Source: Candidatus Krumholzibacteriia bacterium (GTDB taxonomy: Bacteria > Krumholzibacteriota > Krumholzibacteriia > JAJRXK01). Taken from it: a stretch of 64,000 bases of DNA. Positions 48,922 to 61,595 of this stretch are shown here, one piece after another (position 1 is the stretch's first letter; the number at the start of each line of letters is the position of its first letter). Position numbers and translations under genes: made by a program. The stretch is taken from assembly GCA_041484665.1 (NCBI GenBank), contig JBGPIA010000017.1:1-64000 (forward strand), written 5' to 3'. The notes under the pieces are model-generated. The model was not told where the DNA came from. It did no database searches and saw only the letters and a list, made by a program, of their open reading frames with translations.

Positions 48922-51900
48922 GAAGCGTGCAAGTCTGTTCCCGATTGGGCGGCGCGCTGGCGCTGTTCATGGCGGTCGCGGGTGATGTGCTCGTGGCGCC
49001 GTCGCTCGCCGCGCCGCCGCCCGCGGCGTCGCTCGCGGCGCCGCTCTCCGCGGTCGGCGCCCCGGCCGCCATCGCCACCTCGGCCGGCGCCGGGATTGGC
49101 GCGACAGTGCCGCAGTCCCGCCACATCCGGATCCGCGGGAGGGCCATGACCCTGCGCCCGGATGGCCAGACGGTTCCGATCATGAAGGCGTCGGTCGACA
49201 TGGAGGATGAGGACTGGGGACTGTTCTCCCCGACGTACGAACCTCTGAGTTGGACCTATACCGACGCCGACGGCTACTTCGACACGACATTCCTGTGGAA
49301 CCCCGGGCTGTTCGATGACACCGAACCGGACATCGTGGTCACCATCTTGTCCACCTACTCCCCGCTTCCCAACCAGGTGACCATGGTGGATCCTGACGTC
49401 CACGCCGGTGATCTGGAGTGGTACACGCTCACGATTGCGACCATCGACGACTACTCAGGCACCGACCTGGATACCGGCACCATCCTGGCAGGCACGCAGC
49501 GCAAGCAGGAAGCGTTCTACGCCTACACGCAGATCATGCGGGCCCGGGAGTGGATCATCGACCACGTGGCGCCCTCCTTCCTCTCGGAGCGCCTGGTGAT
49601 TTCCTACCCCACGAACCACTCCGGCGCCGAAATCCCAGCCTCGGACCTCCTGGAGATCCTGGAATCGGAGGCCTTCGACGACCACGCGGTGCTGCGCGAG
49701 CTCGCCCGCAAGTGGCACAGGGTCAACGGTCAGCATCTTACTCCCGACCTTGTCAACGGGGTTTGCGACGGGACCGGACACGGCTATTGCCTCTGGTGCG
49801 CCGAGAACGACCATGATGCCTGGGAGCAGGGCTTCTGCTACTGGTTCGCCGACGTGCTGGTCAACCAATTGGCGACGATCTACGGTGAGCCCCCGCTCTC
49901 CTCCGAGAATCTGGAATCGCTGGCCACCTGCTCGGGCGTGCTGAACGACCCCCTGACGACGGCCGGTTTCGTCGCGGCGCTGCTGCACGACATCCAGGAC
50001 AGCGAGCAGGATGACCATCTGCAGTACGCCTCCGGGCTCGACGCGTTGTCCCTGGGCTACAACGAGATCCTCACCGTCGTCGACGCGGACGAGCCCGCCA
50101 CGGTGGCGGAGTTCATCGACGCTTTCCACGCCCGCTATCCGCAGTGGTGCGAGGAACTGTGGCAGACGGCGAAGAACTGCGGCTACGACCGCGACGTGTC
50201 CGCCCCCGGCGCGCCGACAAGTCTGACATCGCCCAGCCACGCGCAGTTCAGCACCTCGCCCGACGCGACCGTCCAATTCACCTGGACCTCGCCATCGGAC
50301 GACATGTCCTGCATCGATGGCTATGGATTCTCCGTCACTGCCGACGGCTTCGCGATCCCCACGGCCGTCAAGGACATGGAACAGGTCACCAGCTACACGA
50401 CTGCGCCGCTGGCGCCGGGCACCTACTACTTCAATCTCCGCGCGGTCGACAATGCGGGGCGGTGGAGCGCGACCTACGCGACCTACGGGCCGTTCACGAT
50501 TGCCGCGCCGGAGCCAGCCAACCTGGTCTACGAGCTCCCACTGGATTGGGCCAAAGTGCTCGTGCCGCGCGCCACCGGCGACGCGACGGCCAACAGCGTC
50601 ACGGCGCCGACGACGCTGACGGGCAACGTGGCGGCTACGTACTGGAACGTGGCCGGCCGCAACGCGGGCGCGTTGGCGACCTCCAGCAGCTTCAGCGTGC
50701 GCCTCTACGTCGACGGCATTTTCAACAGCTCCACGACCGTTTCTTCCACGGCCGGGGGCGCTAGTTTCAACCGGATCAACCGCGGGCCGATGACCGTCAG
50801 AGGCGGGCGGCACACCTACGAGGCACTGCTGGACGGCGGGGAGCAGATCGCCGAGACGAGCGAGACCGACAACCGCTGGGCTGAGCAGTGGATCTGGACT
50901 CCCTTACCGCTGGCGGACGGCGTGCCGATCACGCGCAACGCCCCCCCCGATCGCACGGCCGGCTGGGACGCCATCGGCCCCGGGCCGGCGCTCTACTACA
51001 ATTGCGACGGCCTGCGCCTGACGACCACGGGCTGGTGGAACGCCGTCACGGTCCATGCGCTCAACGACGCCGACGACTACGACTGCCGCCTGCACGCTGC
51101 CTCATCGTCTGCCCTGCCCGGCGCGGGAGGATTCGGCGCCAACGCGGGCTACTCCGCGCGCGGCGCGGGCGGCGTGGACGCCGTGCTGGTCAACCGCAAC
51201 GTGACGGGCGCTGGCGACTGGGACGTGGGCGTGCTCAACAGCAGCGGCGGCGCCAGCCAGTACATCGCGCGACACGTGACCAGCCAAACCCACCCCTTCG
51301 GTACCCGCGTGACAGTGCCCATGGTGCAGGACCAGACGATCCTGCTGCGCGAATTCCATGTGGGCCCGACCGACGTCGGCTGGGTGGACATCCTCGTCGA
51401 CGTGGCGCCGCAGGATGGCCCGGTCTCCGTGCTGTTCCTGGACGAGACCTTCTCCACCGGCGACCTGTTGGACTTCGACGGCTACCAGAAAACTGGCCTG
51501 ACGGGCCAGGCGCGGCTGGAGACGAACATCTCCTCCGACGGCTACAACTGCGTCGCGGTATATCGCGATCCCAAGGACGGGACCGGTCCGATCAACGTGA
51601 CAATCGAGATCGGCAAGACGCCTCCAGACTTCAGGCCCCACCTGAGCGCTGGATGGTACGCCCCTGTGGTGCCGCGCTCCGCCGGTGACGCCAACGCGGG
51701 CGCGACAGCGGCGCCGCTCACGCTCACCGGAAACGCCGCAACGACCTGGATGAACCTGGCCGTGATCAACGACAGCCCGGCCGGCGCCACGGCGACCCTC
51801 CCGGCACGTCTCTACCTGGACGGGACGCCGATCGAGGTCGGCAACTTCGGTATGCTCGCGGCCTACCAGATCAACCGTGCGAACAACGAAGGGCCCTACA

Positions 51901-53054
51901 CCGTCGCGGGTGGGCGCCATACCCTGTACCTGCGCCTCGATCCCGATCTACTGCAGCGCGAGATCAGCGAGTCGAACAACGCCTACGGAGAGCAGTGGAT
52001 CTGGTCGCCGCTGCAGCTGTCCCTCGACGCGCCGCAGTCGCGCCCGGCGCCGCCCTACGCAGAGGCAGGATTCGAGTACGTGCGCAGCGGTGAGCCGCTC
52101 TACTTCGACTGCGACGGGCTGCGCACCCCCGTCTTTGCCTCCAGCGGCGCCAACGGATACTGGGGCGCGGTCGCAGTGATGCCAGGGACGGCGAACAATG
52201 TGGATCTGCGCCTGCACCGGCTGTCGACCGGTCCCAAGGACGGCTTCGCGAGCAGCCTCGCGGAGTCCTTCTGGCCCACCGGCCAGAGCGACTTCGTGCT
52301 CGTGGACTTCAATAGCGTGCCCTTCGCCGCCTTCGACGCTGGTGTGCTGAATGGCATCGGCGCCGAGCCCTACACGGTGGAAGTCACAAGCTCCCATCAC
52401 CTCGGCCTGTTCCCCAACGGGACCTTCGGGCCGTACACGATGGGGGCGAACCAGATCGTAGACGTGCACGAAGCGTGGCTCGCTCCGGGCGTCTACATCT
52501 GCCGGTTGGAGAACGTGAGCGGCAGCGTCGATTGGGGCTTCAGCCTCTATCCCACCGGGGTCGCCTACCACGCAAAATCCGATGTGGTTCAAGGCGGTGC
52601 GAGCTGGCTAGGCGGTCCGGGGGAGATGGAGCCGTTCCAGGTCCAGATCGGGCAGGCCGGTTACTACGCCTTCGCGGCCTGGAAGGTCCGCAGCGCGGAT
52701 CTGGGCGCGGAAGGCAGCTACCAGCTGGTGATCCACAGTGGCGCCACTGACGTTCCGGAGGTCCATCCGGGCGTGCTGCGCACGGCGATCGCCTCGGTGT
52801 GCCCGAACCCCTTCAACCCGCGGACGACGATTGCCTACGAGCTGCAAAGTGCGAAGGAGGTCCAGGTCCGGATCGCCGATACGCGCGGCAAGATCGTGCG
52901 GACCCTGGCGCGGGGATACGAGACGGCAGGGCGGCACGAGCTCGTCTGGGACGGCACCGACGATGGAGGACGCGTCGTGGCCAGCGGCGTGTACGTCCTG
53001 CGGTTGACTGCCGGCGCGGTGGCGGACGCGCGCAAATTGATCCTCTTGAAATGA
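48918..53054 (+). CDS. 1378-aa exported multidomain protein: peptidase-like N-domain, Fn3-like domain, two ~370-aa CARDB-containing repeats, FlgD-type CTD
   Basis: Signal peptide; GTYYFNLRAVDNAG; GGRHT..ETSETDN / GGRHT..EISESNN; CPNPFNP..WDGTDDGG..SGVY..KLILLK. Confidence 0.85.
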   Translation: MRSVQVCSRLGGALALFMAVAGDVLVAPSLAAPPPAASLAAPLSAVGAPAAIATSAGAGIGATVPQSRHIRIRGRAMTLRPDGQTVPIMKASVDMEDEDWGLFSPTYEPLSWTYTDADGYFDTTFLWNPGLFDDTEPDIVVTILSTYSPLPNQVTMVDPDVHAGDLEWYTLTIATIDDYSGTDLDTGTILAGTQRKQEAFYAYTQIMRAREWIIDHVAPSFLSERLVISYPTNHSGAEIPASDLLEILESEAFDDHAVLRELARKWHRVNGQHLTPDLVNGVCDGTGHGYCLWCAENDHDAWEQGFCYWFADVLVNQLATIYGEPPLSSENLESLATCSGVLNDPLTTAGFVAALLHDIQDSEQDDHLQYASGLDALSLGYNEILTVVDADEPATVAEFIDAFHARYPQWCEELWQTAKNCGYDRDVSAPGAPTSLTSPSHAQFSTSPDATVQFTWTSPSDDMSCIDGYGFSVTADGFAIPTAVKDMEQVTSYTTAPLAPGTYYFNLRAVDNAGRWSATYATYGPFTIAAPEPANLVYELPLDWAKVLVPRATGDATANSVTAPTTLTGNVAATYWNVAGRNAGALATSSSFSVRLYVDGIFNSSTTVSSTAGGASFNRINRGPMTVRGGRHTYEALLDGGEQIAETSETDNRWAEQWIWTPLPLADGVPITRNAPPDRTAGWDAIGPGPALYYNCDGLRLTTTGWWNAVTVHALNDADDYDCRLHAASSSALPGAGGFGANAGYSARGAGGVDAVLVNRNVTGAGDWDVGVLNSSGGASQYIARHVTSQTHPFGTRVTVPMVQDQTILLREFHVGPTDVGWVDILVDVAPQDGPVSVLFLDETFSTGDLLDFDGYQKTGLTGQARLETNISSDGYNCVAVYRDPKDGTGPINVTIEIGKTPPDFRPHLSAGWYAPVVPRSAGDANAGATAAPLTLTGNAATTWMNLAVINDSPAGATATLPARLYLDGTPIEVGNFGMLAAYQINRANNEGPYTVAGGRHTLYLRLDPDLLQREISESNNAYGEQWIWSPLQLSLDAPQSRPAPPYAEAGFEYVRSGEPLYFDCDGLRTPVFASSGANGYWGAVAVMPGTANNVDLRLHRLSTGPKDGFASSLAESFWPTGQSDFVLVDFNSVPFAAFDAGVLNGIGAEPYTVEVTSSHHLGLFPNGTFGPYTMGANQIVDVHEAWLAPGVYICRLENVSGSVDWGFSLYPTGVAYHAKSDVVQGGASWLGGPGEMEPFQVQIGQAGYYAFAAWKVRSADLGAEGSYQLVIHSGATDVPEVHPGVLRTAIASVCPNPFNPRTTIAYELQSAKEVQVRIADTRGKIVRTLARGYETAGRHELVWDGTDDGGRVVASGVYVLRLTAGAVADARKLILLK

Positions 53055-53203
53055 TATGGGGCGGCTGGTGTCAACCGCCGCGGAGGCCTTTTTACCGGAG
53101 AATCGAGGCAAGGGCGGGAGATTCTGGAACAGCGACGTGCGCCTTGCGCTCTGCCCGGAGAATAGGGGACAATTGAAGCAAGGTTTCCGGGAGGTGACCG
53201 TCG

Positions 53204-54067
53204 ATGACACCAGAGATGACAACTCTTGCTTGGAACAACGTCCGGCGCAACCCCGGCCGAGCACTCGTGACCATTGCAGCAACCGTAGCAGTCACAGCCA
53301 CTTGGCTGGGCGCAGCGGGCCCGGCATGGGCAACGTCGCACTCCAGCCACAACCCCGCGATCGTCGGCTCATGGGCCGTCCATCTCGACGCCGCGGCGAG
53401 CGGTGCCAGATATGACAACGCGAGCAGCCCCGCTCTCGTTGGATTCTGGGGCGTGGGCAAGGGCAACAGCCCCGCTCGCAGATCCAATCCGGCGCTGGTC
53501 GGGGGTTGGGGCGCCGACTCGCCGAACGCGAGCGCGAGCCTGGCGCGGCGGGGCAATCCGGCGCTGATCGGAGGCTGGACGTTCGCGCACAGCGGCGAGC
53601 AGGTCGTTCACGGCGTGGATCCATCCGCGAAGATCGCCCCGGAAATCAGGGGCGAGGCGCGGTCTCTTCTGATCACCGAGCGACAGGCGGAGCGCCCGGA
53701 CCTCGGGATGGAGTGTCTGCAGCGCATCTACTTCGACTCGGCCATGGCGCTACCCCGCCTCGGATCCGGACCCGCGCTGGACGAGGTCGGCCAGACCCTC
53801 ACGCAGTCGCCGCAGATGAAGTTGGAGGTGGCGGGTCATGCCGACGGTCAAGGGAGCGACGCCTTCAACGACATTCTCTCCCGGGCGCGGGCCCAAGCGG
53901 CGCTGGACTATCTCACCGAGAAGTTCCCCCCCATCCGCCCCGACCGGGTTACCGTGTTCGGCTACGGCGAGAGCCAGCCCGTCGCCAGCAACGACACATA
54001 CGCCGGCCGGGCACGCAACCGCCGGGTGGAGTTCAAGGTGCTCCACGCCGAGGTCTCCAGGAGGTAG
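53204..54067 (+). CDS. Exported OmpA-like peptidoglycan-binding protein with N-terminal short repeats
   Basis: LEVAGHADGQG..NDILSRARA..GYGESQPVASND..RARNRRVEF; four NPALVGxW-like repeats. Confidence 0.8.
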   Translation: MTPEMTTLAWNNVRRNPGRALVTIAATVAVTATWLGAAGPAWATSHSSHNPAIVGSWAVHLDAAASGARYDNASSPALVGFWGVGKGNSPARRSNPALVGGWGADSPNASASLARRGNPALIGGWTFAHSGEQVVHGVDPSAKIAPEIRGEARSLLITERQAERPDLGMECLQRIYFDSAMALPRLGSGPALDEVGQTLTQSPQMKLEVAGHADGQGSDAFNDILSRARAQAALDYLTEKFPPIRPDRVTVFGYGESQPVASNDTYAGRARNRRVEFKVLHAEVSRR

Positions 54068-54223
54068 CGCACCTCGCAGTAGCGGCCCACGCGGCCACCC
54101 GGTCGCGCAGCATGCAGAGGGCCTCCGTTCCACGCGGAGGCCCTCTTGGCGAGCCACTCTCTCCACGCCATCGCACGACAGAGGCGGCACAACGTCGTCA
54201 AGATCGACGCCTCTGCGAGATCC

Positions 54224-55984
54224 CTAATCCAGCAGGACCATCTTGCGTGTGGCCACCACGCCGGCGCATTCCAGCCGTGCGTAGTACACGCCAGAGGCGG
54301 CCGGCTCTCCCGAAGCGTCATGCGCGTTCCATCGCACGACATAACGGCCTGGCTCGCGATGCCCATCGACGAGCGTTGCGACGGCAGCACCACGAACGTC
54401 GTACACAGTCAGCCGTACGTCTCCCGCCAGGTCGACCTCGAACTCCAAGAGCGTAGCCGGATTGAACGGGTTTGGCCGCGCCGGATACAGCCGCGACCGA
54501 GCTCCCAGCGCAGGCGCCGCAGTCGACTGGGTGGGGACCGGGACCAGCTCGCGTACGAAACCATCCTGTTTGGTGGTGACGTAGAGGCGACCCGCGGCGT
54601 CGTTGCTGAAGCGCAGGTCCGCGCGCGGGATTCCGGGGTTGCCGAGCGCAGCGCGCACGACGTCGAGGAGCGTTGATTCCACGCCGCCGCGAAGTAGATG
54701 GAGTTGGTAGACGGCCGCGGTCGTGGCAGGGTTACCGTCGTTGGCCGCGAGCATCTCTGCCACGTCGGCATAGAACATACGCCCACTCACGATGTCGCCA
54801 AACACGAACTTCCCTAGCAGGGCGCTGGGCGGGCCTGCGCGCACGGCGAGCCCACCGGCAATCGCAGAGCCCTCGTCGTGGTCGTACTGCGCAACCGGAT
54901 AGGTGAAGCCAAAACTCGAATCGTTTCCAGGCAGTGGGAGCACGGTCTCGGGGTCGACGCTCACGTCGAGCGCGAAGGTGCCCTCCCGCCGGGGCCAACC
55001 GTGGTTCGAGCCCGCCGTGGGCAGGTTCACCTCCTCGACGTTGCCCTGGCCGATTTCGGCGACGAACAGCGAGCCGACTCCACCCCGATCGAAGTGGAAG
55101 TTCTCGGGATTGCGGAAGCCGAACGCGAAGATCTCGCCGAAGGTATTCGGATCCCCGTCGTTGGCAAACGGGTTCGTGGGCGGAATGCCGTAGGGAAAAC
55201 TAGTCCCACCGCGCACAAATGGCTCCCCCAACGGATCGATGCGCAGCAGACAGCCATAGACCGTGTCCAATCGCAGGAGCTGCCCCGGCTCGTTGCGCTC
55301 GATCGACCCGAAGTCCCCGGCCGCGATGTAGAGGAGCCCGTAGTCGGGATCGGTCGGCCTAAGGTTGGGATCGAATCCGATGTTGCCCAAGTTGTGGAAC
55401 GAGTGCGGAGAGGCGATCCGCATCAGTTCGCGCGATGTTCCGCTGAAGACGTTTGCAGCCGGATCGCTCGCCTGCCACTCGGTCACGACCGCGTGGAGGA
55501 TGATCGGCGCCGGGATCGCGGGCCCGAGGTTTGGAGGCGTCGCGCCCGCGTTCTCGCTGTGGGCGGTATAGAACCGGCCATTGCGCGCAAAGTCCGGGTG
55601 GAAGGCGAAGCTCATAAAGCCCAGCTGGAGGTTCCCACTATTGAGCGCCGGGCGTAGCACCCGCAAGTCCATGTAGGTCTGCACCGTTCCCCCCTGGATC
55701 ACGAAAAGGGGGCCGCGCAGATCGTTGGCGAACAAGCGCCCCGAACCGTCCGGCGCCTCGCGCAGCATGGCCACACGGGCCCGGGGGGGCGAACCGGCTG
55801 TGGCCGGGAGTTGGATCACGTCCTGCAGTTCCGCCGCGACGCCTTCGTCACGGATCGGACCCGTGAGCGTTCCGGCCGACGCGTCGCTGGCGGCAAGGAG
55901 CAACGCCCACAGTATGGTGGCGCCCAGGACAGCCCTCGCGCACGGCTCCACGCCCCCCTCTGCTCTGGCTATCGCTTTTCGCAC
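54224..55984 (-). CDS. Glucose/sorbosone-dehydrogenase-like (PQQ-type) beta-propeller with FlgD-type CTD
   Basis: DGSGRLF, AFHPDF, LYIAAGDFG, EIFAFGFRNP, EEVN..NHGWPRREG; RPNPFNP..SGVY..KMVLLD. Confidence 0.85.
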   Translation of the reverse strand: MRKAIARAEGGVEPCARAVLGATILWALLLAASDASAGTLTGPIRDEGVAAELQDVIQLPATAGSPPRARVAMLREAPDGSGRLFANDLRGPLFVIQGGTVQTYMDLRVLRPALNSGNLQLGFMSFAFHPDFARNGRFYTAHSENAGATPPNLGPAIPAPIILHAVVTEWQASDPAANVFSGTSRELMRIASPHSFHNLGNIGFDPNLRPTDPDYGLLYIAAGDFGSIERNEPGQLLRLDTVYGCLLRIDPLGEPFVRGGTSFPYGIPPTNPFANDGDPNTFGEIFAFGFRNPENFHFDRGGVGSLFVAEIGQGNVEEVNLPTAGSNHGWPRREGTFALDVSVDPETVLPLPGNDSSFGFTYPVAQYDHDEGSAIAGGLAVRAGPPSALLGKFVFGDIVSGRMFYADVAEMLAANDGNPATTAAVYQLHLLRGGVESTLLDVVRAALGNPGIPRADLRFSNDAAGRLYVTTKQDGFVRELVPVPTQSTAAPALGARSRLYPARPNPFNPATLLEFEVDLAGDVRLTVYDVRGAAVATLVDGHREPGRYVVRWNAHDASGEPAASGVYYARLECAGVVATRKMVLLD

Positions 55985-56123
55985 GCCGGGCTCCTTCGAC
56001 TCAGCATCCGCCGAGGTGACCAGTTCGATCAGGGCAGACCTATGACACCAGTCCTTACTTGGAGACCGAGGCCTGGTTGATCTTCAGCGACTCGGCCAGC
56101 TGCTACTGCGTGAGCTCGCTGGC

Positions 56124-58049
56124 CTACCTCACCTGCACCACCCTGCCGCTGGCCGAGGCGCTGCCGTCGCCGCTGCTGACCCGCACCCAGTACACGCCGC
56201 TGGCCACACGCGCCCCGCCGGCATCGCTCCCGTCCCAAAGCAACGCGTGATCGCCCGCGCCCAGAGCGCCGGCACGCAGCTCGCGCACCAGCCGCCCGCG
56301 CAGATCGAAGACCGTCACCCAGGCCTCGCCCGCCGTAGGCAGCGAAAACTCCAGGCGGATCGGGCCCGCCGCCGGATTGGGGAAGGCCGTGATCGTGCGT
56401 GCGCCCGGCGGGCCCAACACCAGCGCGCCGGGCTCGACGCCGGTCGCGTTCGCCGGCAACGACACCAGCGCCAGCCCCTCCCAGCCGATGCTGTTGGTGA
56501 GCACGGCGACTGGCGTCGCCACCTGCGTCGCAGGATCGATAGAGTACAAGGTCGTGGTGGGGAAATTGGCGATCCCCAGCAGATGGCCCGAGGCGGGGTC
56601 GAAAGCGAGCCCGCGGATGTGCGGCAGATTGGCGGGTGGCAACAGCGTCTGCTGGCCGGTGTCGCGGTTGATGCGGACCAGCTCGGTTCCGCCAACCACG
56701 CCATAGATGAAGTGATCGACCGAGTCGAAGGCGATGTCCTCCAGGGGCGAGGTCTGGTTCGGCAACATCGACTCGTTGCCCGTGAGCGGATCGATCACGT
56801 GGATGCGGGCGCCGTTCACCACCTGCTCGGCGCCATAGAGCACGTCCCGGTCGGTGTCGTACGCCATCCCCCAGATGCCCACCGGGCCGGTGGCGTCGAT
56901 CAGCGTCGCCTCGCCCAACAGCGGCGAGAACGCCCACAGTGTCCCCACGCTGAAGTCGTATCCGTAGACCCGGTTGTCGACCGTCCGGTAGTCGATTCCG
57001 AAGATCCCATTCGGAACGGTCCCCGTGCCCGGCGACAGGTCTTTCCATAGGGGAAGGTTGCACCCCGGCGTCGGCATCTGTAGATATGCCTGGTCGCTGC
57101 CGGTGCCCACCAGATACCCGGTCGCTGCCTGGCTGGGGATGCGCACCCACACCTGCGCTACGCCCTTGTCGTTGTCCATCAGGTAGAGGTTGCCCGTAGC
57201 GGGGTCGATGGACAGCCCCGCGAAGGCTGCGAGCTTCACCCCCGCAGGCAAGCCCTGCGTGCTCCAACGGAAACGGTCGACGAACGCGCCGTTGGAATCG
57301 ACCACCTGGATCCCGCTGTGCTCGAGAGCGATCAGCAGCAGCCCCTGCGCGAAGGGGGCGCTCGGCGGCACCCACACGATGTCGTCGACCAGCGCGTCGG
57401 GATCGGCGTCGAGATGCGCCACCAGATCCGTGGACTTCGAGGACTTCACCGGGACACCGGTGCGGGTGAACTTGAACCACTCGTTGGAGGCTAGCGCGCC
57501 CGGGACCGGGCCGGCATCAACGACGTAGACGAACTGGGTGTCCACGGCGATCCCGCGCACCGACTCCAGCGTGTCGGGGCCCGAGCCGGGAACGTCGAAC
57601 CGCAGCGGGATAGTGAAGACCGTGTCGACGAGCGCCGCTCCGTTCCAGCGGCGGACCACCCGGTCCCCGGTGATCTGCCAGTAGTAGCCCGACGTGGCAT
57701 CCCACGCGAGGCCGGGATACTCGTCGGGACCGGCGGAGACGAAGTTCGCGCATAGGTCGTAGATCTTCGCCTGGCTGGCGATCTGCTGATGGACGGGATC
57801 GAACGCCACCGACTCGAAACCCGGGGCCCCCCGGCACACTGCGAACCGCTGCCCCATGAACTGCAGTACCGGACCGCCAGGGCTCACGGTGGGCGCTGCG
57901 GCGGGACCGCTGCGGAGTCCGGTGGTGGAGGCTGCCGCAGGGAGGCCGACGGCTGAGGTGGGTCCGGTCGAGCCCGTGGTCGCCAGGAGTGCTATGGAAA
58001 GGACGATCAGGGCCGCCGCATGCCCACGGCGACGCGGAGCGGATGGCAT
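56124..58049 (-). CDS. Exported beta-propeller protein with FlgD-type CTD
   Basis: GGAGG RBS before ATG 58049; signal peptide; repeated GLAWD/GIAVD/GLSIDP/GMAYD/DIAFD/GLAFDP blades; FPNP..WDGSDAGG..SGVY. Confidence 0.82.
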   Translation of the reverse strand: MPSAPRRRGHAAALIVLSIALLATTGSTGPTSAVGLPAAASTTGLRSGPAAAPTVSPGGPVLQFMGQRFAVCRGAPGFESVAFDPVHQQIASQAKIYDLCANFVSAGPDEYPGLAWDATSGYYWQITGDRVVRRWNGAALVDTVFTIPLRFDVPGSGPDTLESVRGIAVDTQFVYVVDAGPVPGALASNEWFKFTRTGVPVKSSKSTDLVAHLDADPDALVDDIVWVPPSAPFAQGLLLIALEHSGIQVVDSNGAFVDRFRWSTQGLPAGVKLAAFAGLSIDPATGNLYLMDNDKGVAQVWVRIPSQAATGYLVGTGSDQAYLQMPTPGCNLPLWKDLSPGTGTVPNGIFGIDYRTVDNRVYGYDFSVGTLWAFSPLLGEATLIDATGPVGIWGMAYDTDRDVLYGAEQVVNGARIHVIDPLTGNESMLPNQTSPLEDIAFDSVDHFIYGVVGGTELVRINRDTGQQTLLPPANLPHIRGLAFDPASGHLLGIANFPTTTLYSIDPATQVATPVAVLTNSIGWEGLALVSLPANATGVEPGALVLGPPGARTITAFPNPAAGPIRLEFSLPTAGEAWVTVFDLRGRLVRELRAGALGAGDHALLWDGSDAGGARVASGVYWVRVSSGDGSASASGRVVQVR

Positions 58050-58321
58050 GGCGCGCAACCTCCAGGGGGCGAAAGGCGTGTCGTGCAAGCGAGGTGAGCG
58101 GGCGCGGATGGCGCAGAACCCCTGGATTCTAGCCCCCACGGCGGGGGAAAGTCCATGCCCTGGGTCGCCGGCGGACCTGCTCGCGCGTCAACTGCCGCGG
58201 CGGCGGCATCGGGCGCAAAGCACTCCCGCTCGCGCCGCGCCCTGCAACTGCGGCGCGCGTACCACGCGAAGTCACCCACCATGTGCTGGCGCAGAGACGG
58301 GATCTGCGACACCCGCAGGGC

Positions 58322-61036
<2,715 letters not shown>

Positions 61037-61595
61037 GGGGACGACCGTACGGTCAGGCCTCGCTACGGTCAAGTCGGCTCACCTGGCGCCGCTGCGCGGG
61101 TTTCCCCGGGAAGTTTCGCAGCCGGCGGCGCCCGCGCGACAGACGAGAGCGTCCGTGGATCAAGCGGGCCGTTGGCGTGCGAGCGTCGCGCGCATGATGA
61201 CGAGGTGCCCCCTGGCTGGACACCAGACCCTTCTGGAGCCGGTCCACTCCGGCCGGCGACGACGGGAGCCCTCTGGGAACCCCCGCAGAGTGTTAGAATG
61301 AAGCGAATCGTGCCCCACGCGGCCGGCCGCGTTAGCCGGTCGTGCAAGGGCATCCGGGGTCAGTTACCCTTCGCGCCTGGCTGTGCGTCTGCCTGCAGCC
61401 GGTCCTGGATGAACTGCGTCACGCGCCTGACCCGCGCCGCGTGAGCATCGTTGGAGTCCTTCGACACGATAGGATCGTGCGTTGCCGTTGTCCGTCGAAT
61501 TGTGATGCTCCGCTACCGTTGCGGGGTTTGCTCGCGTGCGCCAGTCGCGCCCGCTGGTGCTCTGGGATCGCCAGGTGAGAGGGCCATGGGGGCTG

